64,000 nt of DNA from IMG/VR virus record IMGVR_UViG_3300028840_005860, positions 62,001 through 126,000 of that record; one strand, 5' to 3'. Positions within the stretch are counted from its first letter, which is position 1, and every line of letters begins with the position of its first letter. The notes beneath the pieces are model-generated. The model ran no database searches. It saw only the letters and a program-made list of their open reading frames with translations, and was not told the origin of the DNA. Positions 63,584 to 64,000 of this stretch are shown in pieces. The position numbers and the translations under genes were made by a program.

Positions 63584-64000
63584 ATGGGACACCCTCAACA
63601 GGTCAAACAACGGGCGCGGCGATTGCGTCGGAAAGGATTCTCGCTCAACGAAATTAGTGCCAAGCTCCATATCGCAAAATCAACGGCATCTCTGTGGCTA
63701 CGGGGAGTTGAGATTTCACGGCAGGGGCAACAAAGGCTTCACGCACGGGAGGAGAGAGGGCACGAGTACGGGTTACGTCGTGCCAAATCTCGGGTGCAGC
63801 GAAAATACCGAGCCGTGCGGCAGGAAGCCTATGAGGCAGGTAAAGCGTCACGTCTCACGAAACTCGACGCTTTGTGCGTGGGCCTCTATTGGGGAGAGGG
63901 TAACAAGTACGATCGACGGTGGGCTTTCTCGAACTCTGATCGGAAGACCGTGGAGTTGATGGTCAACTGGGCTGTGCGTGCTGGTCAGAGACCGGATCAG
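63584..64000 (+). mobile_element. HTH plus LAGLIDADG-like homing endonuclease, truncated by the window end
   Basis: Own translation: MGHPQQVKQRARRLRRKGFSLNEISAKLHIAKSTASLWLR...GLYWGEGNK...FSNSD; absent from the ORF track because no stop occurs in the window. Confidence 0.7.

Overview
High-GC (roughly two-thirds G+C by eye), gene-dense window that reads as part of a jumbo/huge bacteriophage genome. No structural or replication hallmark gene lies in the window, so a phage-like megaplasmid is not excluded. The host is uncertain; a Myxococcota/Deltaproteobacteria-like host is an inference from GC content, the FmdB zinc ribbon and sigma70-type promoters. The first ~33 kb is mostly short, overlapping hypothetical ORFs plus a few recognisable genes: DUF433, a pyrimidine-dimer glycosylase-like protein, a LemA-like/TPM-like membrane pair, DUF4031, a radical SAM protein, a PI3/4K- or HipA-like kinase, a secreted DUF1524 nuclease and a histidine phosphatase. 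The rest is a translation-focused region with about 27 intact or near-intact tRNA genes grouped by amino acid, several atypical tRNAs and tRNA-like RNAs, a divergent EF-Tu, a Pth2 peptidyl-tRNA hydrolase, an RNA-repair-type HAD protein and homing endonucleases next to tRNAs. It also carries a full WGR-PARP, a pyruvoyl arginine decarboxylase, an M23 peptidase and a histone-H1-like protein. The most striking observation is an apparently circularly permuted tRNA-Leu(UAG) gene at 34923-35002, with the 3' half ending in CCA placed before its exactly complementary 5' half. All family assignments come from motif recognition by eye; no database searches were run.
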